Below are positions 1 to 13,900 of a stretch of 64,000 nucleotides of DNA, one piece after another. The stretch comes from the human T2T-CHM13v2.0 reference genome, Homo sapiens. Each line of letters begins with the position of its first letter. Position 1 is the stretch's first letter. Position numbers and translations under genes: made by a program. The notes below the pieces were generated by a model, which worked only from the letters and a program-made list of their open reading frames with translations, searched no databases and had not been told where the DNA came from. The stretch lies in assembly GCF_009914755.1 (NCBI RefSeq), contig NC_060933.1. One strand, 5' to 3'.

Positions 1-218
1 TCCATTCCATTTGATTCCATTCGATTGCACTCGGGTTGATTCCATGGCATTGCATTCCATTCAATTCCATTCCATTCCATTCCATTCCGTTCCATTCCAT
101 TCCATTCCATTCTATTCGGATTAATTCCATTCCATTCCATTCCATTCCATTCTATTCCATTCCATTGCAATCGAGTTGAATCCATTGCATTTCATTCCAT
201 TCCATTCCATTCCATTCC

Positions 219-233
219 ATTCCGGAAGATTCC
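219..233. promoter_or_regulatory. Canonical heat shock element-like motif nTTCnnGAAnnTTCn (first of about 50 copies)
   Basis: The sequence aTTCcgGAAgaTTCc is three alternating nGAAn units, matching the HSF1 consensus. The motif match is direct; binding is inferred. Confidence 0.6.
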
Positions 234-1538
234 ATTCCTTTGCATTCCATTCCATTCCATTCCCCTGCACTCGCGTTGATTCCATTCCATTCCATTCCAT
301 TCCATTCCGTTCCGTTCCATTCCATTCCATTCCATTCCATTCCGTTCCGTTCCATTCCATTCCATTCCATTCTATTCGGGTTAATTCCATTCCATTCCAC
401 TCAATTGAAATCGAGTTGATTCCATTCCATTCCATTCCATTCCATTCCATTCCTTTCCATTCCATTACGGATGATTCCATTCCATTGCATTCCATTCCAT
501 TCCATTCCCCTGTACTCCGGTTTATTCCATTCCCGTCCATTCCAATCCATTCCATTCCACTCGTGTTGATTCAATTCTTTCCATTCCATTCAAGTTGAAT
601 CCATTCCATTGCATTCCATTCCATTCGATTCCATTCGATTGCGCTCGGGTTGATTCCATTCCATTGCATTCCATTCCATTCCATTCCATTCCATTCCATT
701 CCATTCCGTTCCATTCCATTACATTCGGATTGATTCTATTCAATTCCCTTACACTCCATTACATTCCATTCCATTCGGGTAGTTTCCATTCCATTCCATT
801 CTATCCCTCTCCATTCCATTGCACTCGGGTTGATTCAATTCCATTGCATTCCATTCCATTCCATTCCATTCCATTCCGTTGCATTCCATTCCATTACATT
901 CGGATTGATTCTATTCAACTCCCTTACTCTCCATTCCATTCCATTCCATTCGCGTTGTTCCATTCCATTCCATTCCATTCCACTCCATTCCATTGCACTC
1001 GGGTTGATTCCATTCCATTCCATTCCATTCCATTCCATTCCATTCCGGATGATTCCATTCCATTGCATTCCGTTCCATTACATTCCCCTGCCCTCGCGTT
1101 GATTCCATTCCATTCCATTCCATTCCATTCAATTCCATTCCATTACAATTCGTTCCATTCCATTCTATTCCGTACCATTCCATTCCATTCCATACCATTC
1201 CATTCCATTCCATTCCATTCCGTTCCATTCCGTTCCATTCAATTCCATTCCATTCCATTCCATTCCATTCCATTCTATTCCATTCCATTGCAATCGAGTT
1301 GAATCCATTGCATTTCATTCCATTCCATTCCATTCCATTCCATTCCATTCCATTCCGGAAGATTCCATTCCATTGCATTCCATTCCATTCCATTCCCCTG
1401 CACTCGCGTTGATTCCATTCCATTCCATTCCATTCCATTCCGTTCCGTTCCGTTCCATTCCATTCCATTCCATTCCATTCCGTTCCGTTCCATTCCATTG
1501 CATTCTATTCTATTCGGGTTAATTCCATTCCATTCCAT

Positions 1539-1552
1539 TCGATTGCAATCGA
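1539..1552. other. 14-bp perfect palindrome TCGATTGCAATCGA (recurrent module)
   Basis: The sequence equals its own reverse complement and recurs at many loci (e.g. ~6126, 7368, 16741, 25641, 51071, 58741). Confidence 0.9.
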
Positions 1553-3579
1553 GTTGATTCCATTCCATTCCATTCCATTCCATTCCATTCCATTCCTTTC
1601 CATTCCATTACGGATGATTCCATTCCATTGCGTTCCATACCATTCCATTCCCCTATACTCGGGTTGATTCCATTCCATTCCATTCCAATCCATGCCATTC
1701 CACTCGTGGTGATTCCATTCTTTCAATTCCATTCAAGTTGAATCCATTCCATTGCATTCCATTCCATTCGATTCCATTCGATTGCACTCGGGTTGATTCC
1801 ATTCCATTGCATTCCATTCCATTCCGTTCAATTCCATTTCATTACATTCAGATTGATTCTATTCAATTCTCTTACACTCCATTATATTCCAATCCATTCT
1901 GGTTGTCTCCATTCCATTCCATTCCATTTCACTCCATTCCATTGCACTCGGGTTGATTCCATTCCATTCCATTCCATTGCATTCTATTCCATTCCATTCC
2001 GGATGATTCCATTCCATTGCATTCCATTCCATTCCATTCCCCTGCACTCGGGTTGATTCCATTCCATTCCATTACATTACATTCCGTTCCATTCCATTCC
2101 ATTGCATTCGGATTGATTCTATTCAATTCCCTTACACTCCATTCCATTCCATTCCATTCGGGTAGTTTCCATTCCATTCCATTCCATTCCTCTCCATTCC
2201 ATTGCACTCGGGTTGATTCCATTCCATTCCATTCCATTCCATTCCATTACATTAAATTCCATTCCATTCCGTTCCATTGTACTCGGGTTGATTCCATTCC
2301 ATTGCATTCCATTCCATTCCATTCCATTCCATTCCATTCCATTCCATTCCGTTCCATTCCATTACATTCGAATTGATTCTATTCAACTCCCTTACTCTCC
2401 ATTACATTACATTCCATTCGGGTTGTTCCATTCCATTCCATACCATTCCACTCCATTCCATTGCGCTCGGGTTGATTTCATTCCATTCCATTCCACTCCA
2501 TTCCAGTCCTTTCCATTCCATTCCACTCGGGTTGATTCCAATGTATTCCTTTCCATTCCATTCCATTGCATTGCAATCAAGTTGATTCCATTGCTTTGCA
2601 TTCCATTCCATTCCATTCCATTCCGGATGATTCCATTCCATTGCATTCCATTCCATTCCATTCCCCTGCACTCGGGTTGATTCCATTCCATTCCACTCCA
2701 TTCCGTTCCATTCCATTCCATTCCATTGTATTCGGGTTAATTCCATTCCATTCCATTCCATTCCATTCCATTCCATTCCATTACTATCGAGTTGATTCCA
2801 TTCCATTCCATTCCATTCCAGTCCTTTCCATTCCATTCCACTCGGGTTGATTCCATTCTATTAGTTTCCATTCCATTCCATTCCCTTCCATTCCACTCTG
2901 GTTGATTCCATTCCTTTAAATTCCACTCGAATACATTCCCTCCTATTCCACTCGCAACGATTCCATTCCATTCCATTCCATTCCATTCCATTCCATTCCA
3001 TTCCATTCCATTGCATTCCATTCCATTCCATTCCATTCCATTCCGTTCCCTTCCATTCCATTCTATTACATTCGGATTGATTCTATTCAATTCCCTTACA
3101 CTCCATTACATTCCATTCCATTCGTGTAGTTTCCATTCCATTCCATTCCATTCCTTTCCATTCCATTGCACTCGGGTTGATTCCATTCCATTCCATTCCA
3201 TTCCATTCCATTCCATTCCATTCCATTCCATTCCATTTCATTCCGGATGATTCCATTCCATTGAATTCCATTCCATTCCATTCCCCTCCACTTGGGTTGA
3301 TTCCATTCCATTCCATTCCATTCCTTTCCGTTCCATTCCATTCCATTCCATTCCATTCCATTCCATTGTATTCGTGTTAATTCCATTCCATTCTATTCCA
3401 TTCCATTCCATTGAAATCGAGTTGATTCCATTCCATTCCATTCCATTTCCATTCCATTCCGGATGATTCCATTCAATTGCATTCCATTCCATTCCATTCC
3501 CCTGCACTCGGGTTGAATCCATTCCATTCCATTCCATTACATTCCGTTCCATTCCATTGCATTCCATTCTATTCGGGTT

Positions 3580-5330
3580 AATTCCATTCCATTCCATTCC
3601 ACTCCATTCCAGTCCTTTGCATTCCATTCCACTAGGGTTGATTCCATTCTATTCCTTTCCATTCCATTCCATTCCATTGCAATCGAGTTGATTCCATTCG
3701 AGTTGAATCCATTCCATTCCATTCCATTACATTACATTGCACACGGGTTCATTCCATTCCATTCCATTCCATTCCATTCCATTCCATTCCATTCCATTCC
3801 ATTCCATTCCATTTCATTCCGTTCCATTCTATTCCGTACCATTCCATTCCATCCCATTCCATTCCATTCCATTCCATTCCATTCCATGCCATTACACTCA
3901 GGTTGATTCCATTCCTTTCCATTCCATTCTTGTTGAATCCATTCCATTCCATTCCATTCCATTCGAATCCTTTCCATTGCACTCGGGTTGATTCCATTCC
4001 ATTCCGTTCCATTCCATTTCATTCCATTCCATTCCATTACATTCGGATTGATTCTATTCAGTTCCCTTACACTCCATTACATTCCATTCCATTCGGGATG
4101 TTTCCATTCCATTCCATTCCATTCCACTCCATTCCATTGCATCGGGTTGATTGCATTCCATTCCATTCCATTCCATTCTGGATGATTCCATTCCATTGCA
4201 TTCCATTCCATTCCATTCCCCTGCACTCGGGTTGATTACATTCCATACCATTCCCTTCCATTCCTTTCCATTCCATTCCATTCCATTGCAATCGAGTTGA
4301 TTCCATTCCATTCCATTCCATTCCATTCCATTCCATTCCATTCCGGATGATTGCATTCCATTGCTTTCCATTCCATTCCATTCCCCTGTACTCGGGTTGA
4401 TTCCATTCCATTTCATTCCATTACATTCCGTTCCATTCCATTCCATTCCATTCTATTCTGGTTAATTCCATTCCATTCCATTCTGGTTAATTCCATTCCA
4501 TTCCATTGCAATCCAGTTGATTCCATTCCATTCCATTCCATTCCATTCCATTGCATTCCAATCGATTTGATTCCATTCCATTCCATTCCATTCCACTCCA
4601 TTCCAGTCCTTTCCATTCCATTCATCTCGGGTTGATTCCATTCTATTCCTTTCCATTCCATTCCATTCCATTGCACTCAGGTTGATTCCTTTCGAGTTGA
4701 ATCCATTCCATACCATTCTATTCCATTACATTGCACACGGGCTCATTCCATTCCATTCCATTCCATTCCATTCCATTTCATTCCATTCCATTCTATTCCG
4801 TACCATTCCATTCCATCCCATTCCATTCCATTCCATTCCATGCCATTACACTCGGGTTGATTCCATTCCTTTCCATTCCATTCTTGTTGAATCCATTCCA
4901 TTCCATTCCATTCCATTCGAATCCATTCCATTGCACTCGGGTTGATTCCATTCCATTCCATTCCATTCCATTTCATTCCATTCCATTACATTACATTCCG
5001 ATTCATTCTATTCAATTCCCTTACACTCCATTACATTCCATTCCATTCGGGATGTTTCCATTCCATTCCATTCCATTCCACTCCATTCCATTGCATCGGG
5101 TTGATTCCATTCCATTCCATTCCATTCCATTCCATTCCATTCCGGATGATTCCATTCGATTGCATTCCTTTGCATTCCATTCCCCTGCACTCGGGTTGAT
5201 TACATTCCATTTCCTTCCCTTCCATTCGTTTCCATTCCATTCCATTCCATTCTATTCGGGTGAATTCCATTCCATTCCATTCCATTCCATTCCATTCCAT
5301 TCCATTGCAATCGAGTTGATTCCATTCCAT
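3580..5330 (+). repeat. Diverged tandem duplication, period ~950-995 bp, second copy partial
   Basis: Both copies carry the rare series TTCGAGTTGAATCC, GCACACGGG, CCATCCCATT, ATGCCATTACACTC, TTCTTGTTGAATCC, TTCGAATCC, CGGGATGTTTCC and TGCATCGGG. ORF offsets are 994 (3688/4682) and 954 (3988/4942). Confidence 0.82.
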
Positions 5331-5590
5331 TCCATTCCATTCCATTCCATTCCATTCCATTCCATTGCAGTCGAGTTGATTCCATTCCATTCCATTCCAT
5401 TCCATTCCACTCGTGTTGATTCCATTCCTTTCCATTCCATTCGGTTTGAAGCCATTCCATTCCATTTAATTCCATTCCATTCCATTCCATTCCATTCCAT
5501 TCCATTCCATTGTACTCGGGTTGATTCCATTCCATTTCATTCCATTCCATTCCATTCAATTCCATTCCGTTCCATTCCATTCCATCACTT

Positions 5591-5690
5591 TCGGATTGAT
5601 TCTATTCAACTCCCTTACTCTCAATTACATTCCATTCCATTCGGATTGATTCTATTCAACTCCCTGACTCTCCATTACATTCCATACCAT
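5591..5690 (+). repeat. 50-bp tandem duplication of the CGGATTGATTCTATTCAACTCCC module
   Basis: TCGGATTGATTCTATTCAACTCCC starts at 5591 and again at 5641. The same doublet recurs at ~9006-9105. Confidence 0.9.
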
Positions 5691-8600
5691 TCGGGTTGTT
5701 CCATTCCATTCCATTCCATTCCACTCCATTCCATTGCACTCGGGTTGATTCCATTCCACTCCATTCCATTCCATTCTATTCCGGATGATTCCATTCCATT
5801 GCATTCCCTTCTATTACATTCCCCTGCACTCGCGTTGATTCCATTCCATTCCATTCCATTCCATTCGATTCCATTCCATTCCAATTCGTTCCATTCCGTT
5901 CTATTCCGTACCATTCCATTCCATTCCATACCATTCCATTCCATTCCATTCCATTCCATTCCGTTCCATTCCATTCCATTCCATTCTATTAGGGTTAATT
6001 CCATTCCATTCCATTCCATTCCATTCCATTCTATTCCATTCCATTGCAATCGAGTTGAATCCATTGCATTCCATTCCATTCCATTCCATTCTATTCAGGT
6101 TAATTCCATTCCATTCCATTCCATTCGATTGCAATCGAGTTCATTCCATTGCATTCCATTCCTTTCCATTCCATTACTGATGATTCCATTCCATTGCATT
6201 CCATTCCATTCCATTCTCCTGTACTCGGGTTGATTCCATTCCATTCCATTCCAATCCATGCCATTCCACTCGTGTTGATTCCTTTCTTTCCATTCCATTC
6301 AAGTTGAATCCATTCCATTGCGTTCCATTCAATTCGATTCCATTCGATTGCACTCGGGTTCATTCCATTCCGTTGCATTCCATTCCATTCCATTCCATTC
6401 CATTCCGTTCCATTCCATTCCACTACATTCGGATTGATTCTTTTCAATTCCCTTACACTATATTACATTCCATTCCATTCGGGTAGTTTCCATTCCATTC
6501 CATTCCATTCCACTCCATTCCACTGCACTCGGGTTGATTCCATTCCATTCCATTCCATTCCATTCCATTGTACTCGGGTTGATTCCATTCCATTGCATTC
6601 CATTCCATTCCATTCCATACCATTCCATTCCATTCCGTTCCATTCCATTACATTCGGATTTATTCTATACAACTCCCTTACTCTCCATTACATTCCATTC
6701 CATTCGGGTTGTTCCATTCCATTCCATTCCATTCCACTCCATTCCATTGCACTCGGGTTGATTCCATTCCATTCCATTCCATTCCATTTAATTCCATTCC
6801 ATTCCGGATGATTCCATTCCATTGCATTCTGTTCCATTACATTCCCCTGCACTCGGGTTCATTCCATTCCATTCCATTCCCTTGCATTCGATTCTATTCC
6901 ATTCCAATTCTTTCCATTCCATTCTATTCCGTACCATTCCATTCCATTCCATACAATTCCATTCCATTCCATTCCATTCCATTCCATTCCATTCCGTTCC
7001 GTTCCGTTCCGTACCGTTCCGTTCCATTCCATTCCATTCCATTCTATTCGGGTTAATTCCATTCCATTCCATTCCATTCCATTCTATTCCATTCCATTGC
7101 AATCGAGTTGAATCCATTCCATTCCATTCCATTCCATTCCATTCCATTCCATTCCATTCCGGAAGATTCCATTCCATTGCATTCCATTCCATTCCATTCC
7201 CCTGCACTCGCATTTATTCCTTTCAATTCCATTTCATTCCATTCCATTTCATTCCGTTCCTCTCCATTCCATTGCATTCCATTCCATTCCATTCCATTCC
7301 ATTCCGTTCCGTTCCGTTCCATTCCATTCCATTCCATTCTATTCGGGTTAATTCCATTCCATTCCATTCGATTGCAATCGAATTGATTCCATTCCATTCC
7401 ATTCCATTCCATTCCATTCCATTCCTTTCCATTCCATTATGGATGATTCCATTCCATTGCATTCCATTTCATTCCATTCCCCTGTACTCGGGTTGATTCC
7501 ATTGCATTCCATTCCATTCCATGCCATTCCACTCGTGTTGATTCCATTCTTTCCATTCCATTCAAGATGAATCCATTCCATTGCATTCCATTCCATTCAA
7601 TTCCATTTGATTGCACTCGGGTTGATTCCATTCAATTGCATTCCATTCCATTCCATTCCATTCCATTCCATTCCATTCCATTCCATTCCGTTCCATTCCA
7701 TTCCATTACATTCGGATTGATTCTATTCAATTCCCTTACACTCCATTACATTCCATTCCATTCGCGATGTTTCCATTCCATTCCATTCCATTCCACTCCA
7801 TTCCATTGCATCGGGTTCATTGCATTACATTCCATTCCATTCCATTCCATTCCGGATGATTCCATTCCATTGCATTCCATTCCATTCCGTTCCCCTGCAC
7901 TCGGGTTGATTACATTCCATTTCCTTCCCTTCCATTCCTTTCCATTCCATTCCATTCCATTCTATTCGGGTGAATTCCATTCCATTCCATTCCATTCCAT
8001 TCCATTCCATTCCATTCCATTGCAATCGAGTTGATTGCATTCCATTCCATTCCATTCCGTTCCGGATGATTCCATTCCATTGCATTCCATTCCATTCCAT
8101 TCCCCTGCAGTCGGGTTGATTCCATTCCATTCTATTCCATTCCATTCCATTCCATTCCATTCCGTTCCATTCCATTCCATTCTATTCGGGTTAATTCCAT
8201 TCCATTCCATTCCATTCCATTCCAATCGAGTTGATTCCATTCCATTCCATTCCGTTCCATTCCACTCCATTCCAGTCCTTTCCATTCCATTCCACTCGGG
8301 TTGATTCCATTCTATTCCTTTCCATTCCATTCCATTACATTGTAATCGAGTTGATTCCATTGATTTGCATTCCATTCCATTCCATTCCATTCCGGATGAT
8401 TCCATTCCATTGCATTCCATTCCATTCCATTCCCCTGCCCTCGGGTTGATTCCATTCTATTCCACTCCATTCCTTTCCATTCCATTCCATTCCATTGTAT
8501 TCGGGTTAATTCCATTCCGTTCCATTCCATTCCATTCCATTCAATTACAATCGAGTTGATTCCATTCCATTCCATTCCATTCCTTTCCATTCCATTCCAC

Positions 8601-10049
8601 TCGGGTTGATTCCATTCTATTAGTTTCCATTCCATTCCATTCCCTTCCATTCCACTCTGGTTGATTCCATTCCTTTCCATTCCACTCGAATACATTCCCT
8701 CCTATTCCACTCGGAATGATTCCATTCCATTCCATTCCATTCCATTCCATTCCATTCCATTTCGTTCCATTCCATTCTATTCCGTACCATTCCATTCCAT
8801 TCCATTCCATTCCATTCCATTCCACTCGTGTTGATTCCATTCCTTTCCATTCCATTCGGTTTGAAGCCATTCCATTCCATTCAATTCCATTCCATTCCAT
8901 TCCATTCCATTCCATTTCATTCCATTGTAATCGGGTTGATTCCATTCCATTGCATTCCCTTCCATTCCATTCAAATCCATTCCGTTGCATTCCATTCCAT
9001 TACATTTGGATTGATTCTATTCAACTCCCTTACTCTCAATTACATTCCATTCCATTCGGATTGATTCTATTCAACTCCCTTACTCTCCATTACATTCCAT
9101 TCCATTCGGGTTGTTCCATTCCATTCCATTCCATTCCACTCCATTCCATTGCACTCGGGTTGATTCCATTCCACTCCATTCCATTCCATTCTATTCCGGA
9201 TGATTCCATTCCACTGCATTCCGTTCTATTACATTCCCCTGCACTAGCGTTGATTCCATTCCATTCCATTCCATTCCATTCGATTCCATTCCATTCCAAT
9301 TCGTTCCATTCCATTCTATTCCGTACCATTCCATTCCATTCCATACCATTCCATTCCATTCCATTCCATTCCGTTCCGTTCCATTCCGTTCCATTCCATT
9401 CCATTCCATTCTATTAGGGTTAATTCCATTCCATTCCATTCCATTCCATTCTATTCCATTCCATTGCAATCGAGTTGAATCCATTGCATTCCATTCCATT
9501 CCATTCCATTCCATTCCGGAAGACTCCATCCCATTGCATTCCATTCCATTCCATTCCCCTGCACTCGCGTTGATTCCATTCCATTCCATTCCATTCCATT
9601 CCATTCCATTCCATTCCATTCCATTCCGATCCGTTCCATTCCATTCCATTCCATTCCATTCCATTCCATTCCGTTCCGTTCCATTCCATTCCATTCCATT
9701 CCATTCCATTCCATTCTATTCGGGTTAATTCCATTCCATTCCATTCGTTTACAATCGAGTTGATTCCATTCCATTCCATTCCATTCCATTCCATTCCATT
9801 CCATTCCATTCCATTCCTTTCAATTCCATTACGGATGATTCCATTCCATTGCATTCCATTCCATTCCATTCCCCTATACTCGGGTTGATTCCATTCCATT
9901 CCATTCCAATCCATGCCATTCCACTCGTGTTGATTCCATTCTTTCCATTCCATTCAAGTTGAATCCATTCCATTGCATTCCATTCCATTCCATTGCACTC
10001 AGGTTGATTCCATTCCATTGCATTCCATTCCTTTCCATTCCATTCCATT

Positions 10050-10940
10050 CCATTCCGTTCCATTCCATTTCATTACTTTCAGATTGATTCTATTCAATTC
10101 CCTTACACTCCATTATATTCCAATCCATTCTGGTTGTCTCCATTCCATTCCATTCCATTTCACTCCATTCCATTGCACTCGGGTTGATTCCATTCCATTA
10201 AATTCCATTGCATTCCATTCCATTCCATTCCGGATGATTCCATTCCATTGCATTCCATTCCATTCCATTCCCCTGCACTCGGGTTGATTCCATTCCATTC
10301 CATTCCATTACATTCCGTTCCATTCCATTCCATTCCATTCGGATTGATTCTATTCAATTCCCTTACACTCCATTACATTCCATTGCATTCGGGTAGTTTC
10401 CATTCCATTCCATTCCATTCCATTCCTCTCCATTCCATTGCACTCGGGTTGATTCCATTCCATTGCATTCCATTCCATTCCATTCAATTCCATTCCATTA
10501 TGTTCCATTCCATTTCATTACATTCAGATTGATTCTATTCAATTCCCTTACACTCCATTATATTCCAATCCATTCTGGTTGTTTCCATTCCATTCCATTC
10601 CATTTCATTCCATTCCATTGCACTCGGGTTGATTCCATTCCATTCCATTCCATTGCATTCCATTCCATTCCATTCCGGATGATTCCATTCCATTGCATTC
10701 CATTCCATTCCATTCCCCTGCACTCGGGTTGATTCCATTCCACTCCATTACATTACATTCCGTTCCATTCCATTCCATTCCATTCGGATTGATTCTATTC
10801 AATTCCCTTACACTCCATTACATTCCATTCCATTCGGGTAGTTTCCATTCCATTCCATTCCATTCCTCTCCATTCCATTGCACTCGGGTTGATTCCATTC
10901 CATTGCATTCCATTCCATTCCATTCAATTCCATTCCGTTC
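10050..10940 (+). repeat. Tandem duplication, 2 copies of ~445 bp
   Basis: The series CAGATTGATTC...CATTATATTCCAATCC...GGATG...GGGTAGTTTCC is repeated. ORF offset is 445 (10160/10605, 10248/10693). Confidence 0.82.
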
Positions 10941-13900
10941 CATTCCATTCCATTACATTCGGATTGATTCTATTCAACTCCCTTACTCTCCATTACATTC
11001 CATTCCATTCGGGTTGTCCTATTCCATTCCATTCCATTCCACTCCATTCCATTGCACTCGGGTTGATTCCATTCCATTCCATTAAATTCCATTCCATTCC
11101 ATTCCATTCCCTTCCATTCCATTCCGGAAGATTACATTCCATTGCATTCCATTCCATTCCATGCCCCTGCACTCGCGTTGATTCCATTCCATTCCATTCT
11201 ATTCCATTCCATTCCCTTCCTTTCCGTTCCATTCCATTCCATTCCATTCCATTACATTCCGTTCCACTCCATTTCATTCCATTCGGATTGATTCTATTCA
11301 ATTCCCTTACATTCCATTACATTCCGTTCCATTCGGGTAGTTTCCATTCCATTCCATTCCATTCCATTCCTCTCCATTCCATTGCACTCGGGTTGATTCC
11401 ATTCCATTCCATTCCATTCCATTCCATTCCATTCCATTACATTACATTCCATTCCGTTCCATTGTACTCGGGTTGATTCCATTCCACTGCATTCCATTCC
11501 ATTCCATTCCATTCCATTCCATTCCATTCCATTCCGTTCCATTCCATTACATTCGAATTGATTCTATTCAACTCCCTTACTCTCCATTACATTCCATTCC
11601 ATTCGGGTTGTTCCATTCCATTCCATTCTATTCCACTCCATTCCATTGCACTCGGGTTGATTCCATTCCATTCCATTCCATTCCATTCCATTCTGGAAGA
11701 TTCCATTCCATTGCATTCCATTGCATTCCATTCCATTCCATTCCCCTGCACTCGTGTTGATTCCATTCCATTCCATTCTATTCCATTCCATTCCCTTCCT
11801 TTCCGTTCCATTCCATTCCATTCCATTCCATTCCATTCCGTTCCGTTCCATTCCATTCAATTCCATTCTATTCGGGTGAATTCCATTCCATTCCATTCGA
11901 TTGCAATAGAGTTGATTCCATTCCATTCCATTCCATTCCCTTCTATTCGGGTTAATTCCATTCCATTCCATTCCATTCCATTCCAATCGAGTTGATTCCA
12001 TTCCATTCCATTCCATTCCATTCCACTCCATTCCAGTCCTTTCCATTCCATTCCACTCAGGTTGATTCCAATGTATTCCTTTCCATTCCATTCCATTCCA
12101 TTGCAATCGAGTTGATTCCATTGCTTTGCATTCCATTCCATTCCATTCCATTCCGGATGATTCCATTCCATTGCATTCCATTCCATTCCATTCTCCTGCA
12201 CTCGGGTTGATTCCATTCCATTCCACTCCATTCCGTTCCATTCCATTCCATTCCATTGTATTCGGGTTAATTCCATTCCATTCCATTCCATTCCATTCCA
12301 TTCCATTCCATTCCATTACAATCGAGTTGATTGCATTCCATTCCATTCCATTCCAGTCCTTTCCATTCCATTCCACTCGGGTTCATTCCATTCTATTAGT
12401 TTCCATTCCATTCCATTCCCTTCCATTCCACTCTGGTTGATACCATTCCTTTCCATTCCACTCGAATACATTCCCTCCTATTCCACTCGGAACGATTCCA
12501 TTCCATTCCATTCCATTCCATTACATTCCATTCCATTCCATTCCATTCCATTTCGTTCCATTCCATTCTATTCCGTATCATTCCATTCCATTCCATTCCA
12601 TTCAATTGTACTCGGGTTGATTCCATTCCATTGCATTCCATTCCATTCCTTTCCATTCCGTTGCATTCCATTCCATTGCATTCGGATTGATTCTATTCAA
12701 CTCCCTTACTCTCCATTACATTCCATTCCATTCGGGTTGTTCCATTCCATTCCATTCCATTCCACTCCATTCCATTGCACTCGGGTTGATTCCATTCCAT
12801 TCCACTCCATTCCATTCCATTCCATTCCGGATGATTCCATTCCATTGCATTCCGTTCCATTACATTCCCCTGCACTCGCGTTGATTCCATTCCATTCCAT
12901 TCCATTCCATTCAATTCCATTCCATTACAGTTTGTTCCATTCCATTCTATTCCGTACCATTCCATTCCATTCCATACCATTCCATTCCATTCCATTCCAT
13001 TCCGTTCCATTCCGTTCCATTCCATTCCATTCCATTCTATTCGGATTAATTCCATTCCATTCCATTCCATTCCATTCTATTCCATTCCATTGCAATCGAG
13101 TTGAATCCATTGCATTTCATTCCATTCCATTCCATTCCATTCCATTCCGGAAGATTCCATTCCATTGCATTCCATTCCATTCCATTCCCCTGCACTCGCG
13201 TTGATTCCATTCCATTCCATTCCATTCCATTGCATTCCGTTCCGTTCCATTCCATTCCATTCCATTCCATTCCATTCCGTTCCGTTCCTTTCCATTCCTT
13301 TCCATTCTATTCGGGTTAATTCCATTCCATTCGATTCGATTGCAATCGAGTTGATTCCGTTCCATTCCATTCCATTCCATTCCATTCCATTCCATTCCAT
13401 TCCTTTCCATTCCATTATGGATGATTCCATTCCATTGCATTCCATTCCATTCCATTCCCCTGTACTCGGGTTGATTTCATTCCATTCCATTCCAATCCAT
13501 GCCATTCCACTCGTGTTGATTCCATTCTTTCCATTCCATTCAAGTTGAATCCATTCCATTGCATTCCATTCCATTCGATTCCATTCGATTGCACTCGGGT
13601 TGATTCCATTCCATTGCATTCCATTCAAATCCATTCCATTCCATTCCATTCCATTCCATTCCGTTCCATTCCATTCCATTACATTCGGATTGATTCTATT
13701 CAATTCCCTTACACTCCATTACATTCCATTCCATTCGGGTAGTTTCCATTCCATTCCATTCCATTCCTCTCCATTCCATTGCACTCGGGTTGATTCCATT
13801 CCATTGCATTCCATTCCATTCCATTCAATTCCATTCCGTTCCATTCCATTCCATTACATTCGGATTGATTCTATTCAACTCCCTTACACTCCATTACATT

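Noticed and set aside
1542-1549. C/EBP site in ATTGCAAT
   Set aside because: It lacks the two central bases of the ATTGCGCAAT consensus, so the half-site spacing is wrong.
4731-6233. 500-aa ORF and all other ORFs in the track (MEWNG and IPFHS repeats)
   Set aside because: A perfect (CATTC)n has no stop codon in any frame, so long overlapping ORFs on both strands are expected. The products are just the translated pentamer with no domain structure. Nothing in the sequence supports translation.
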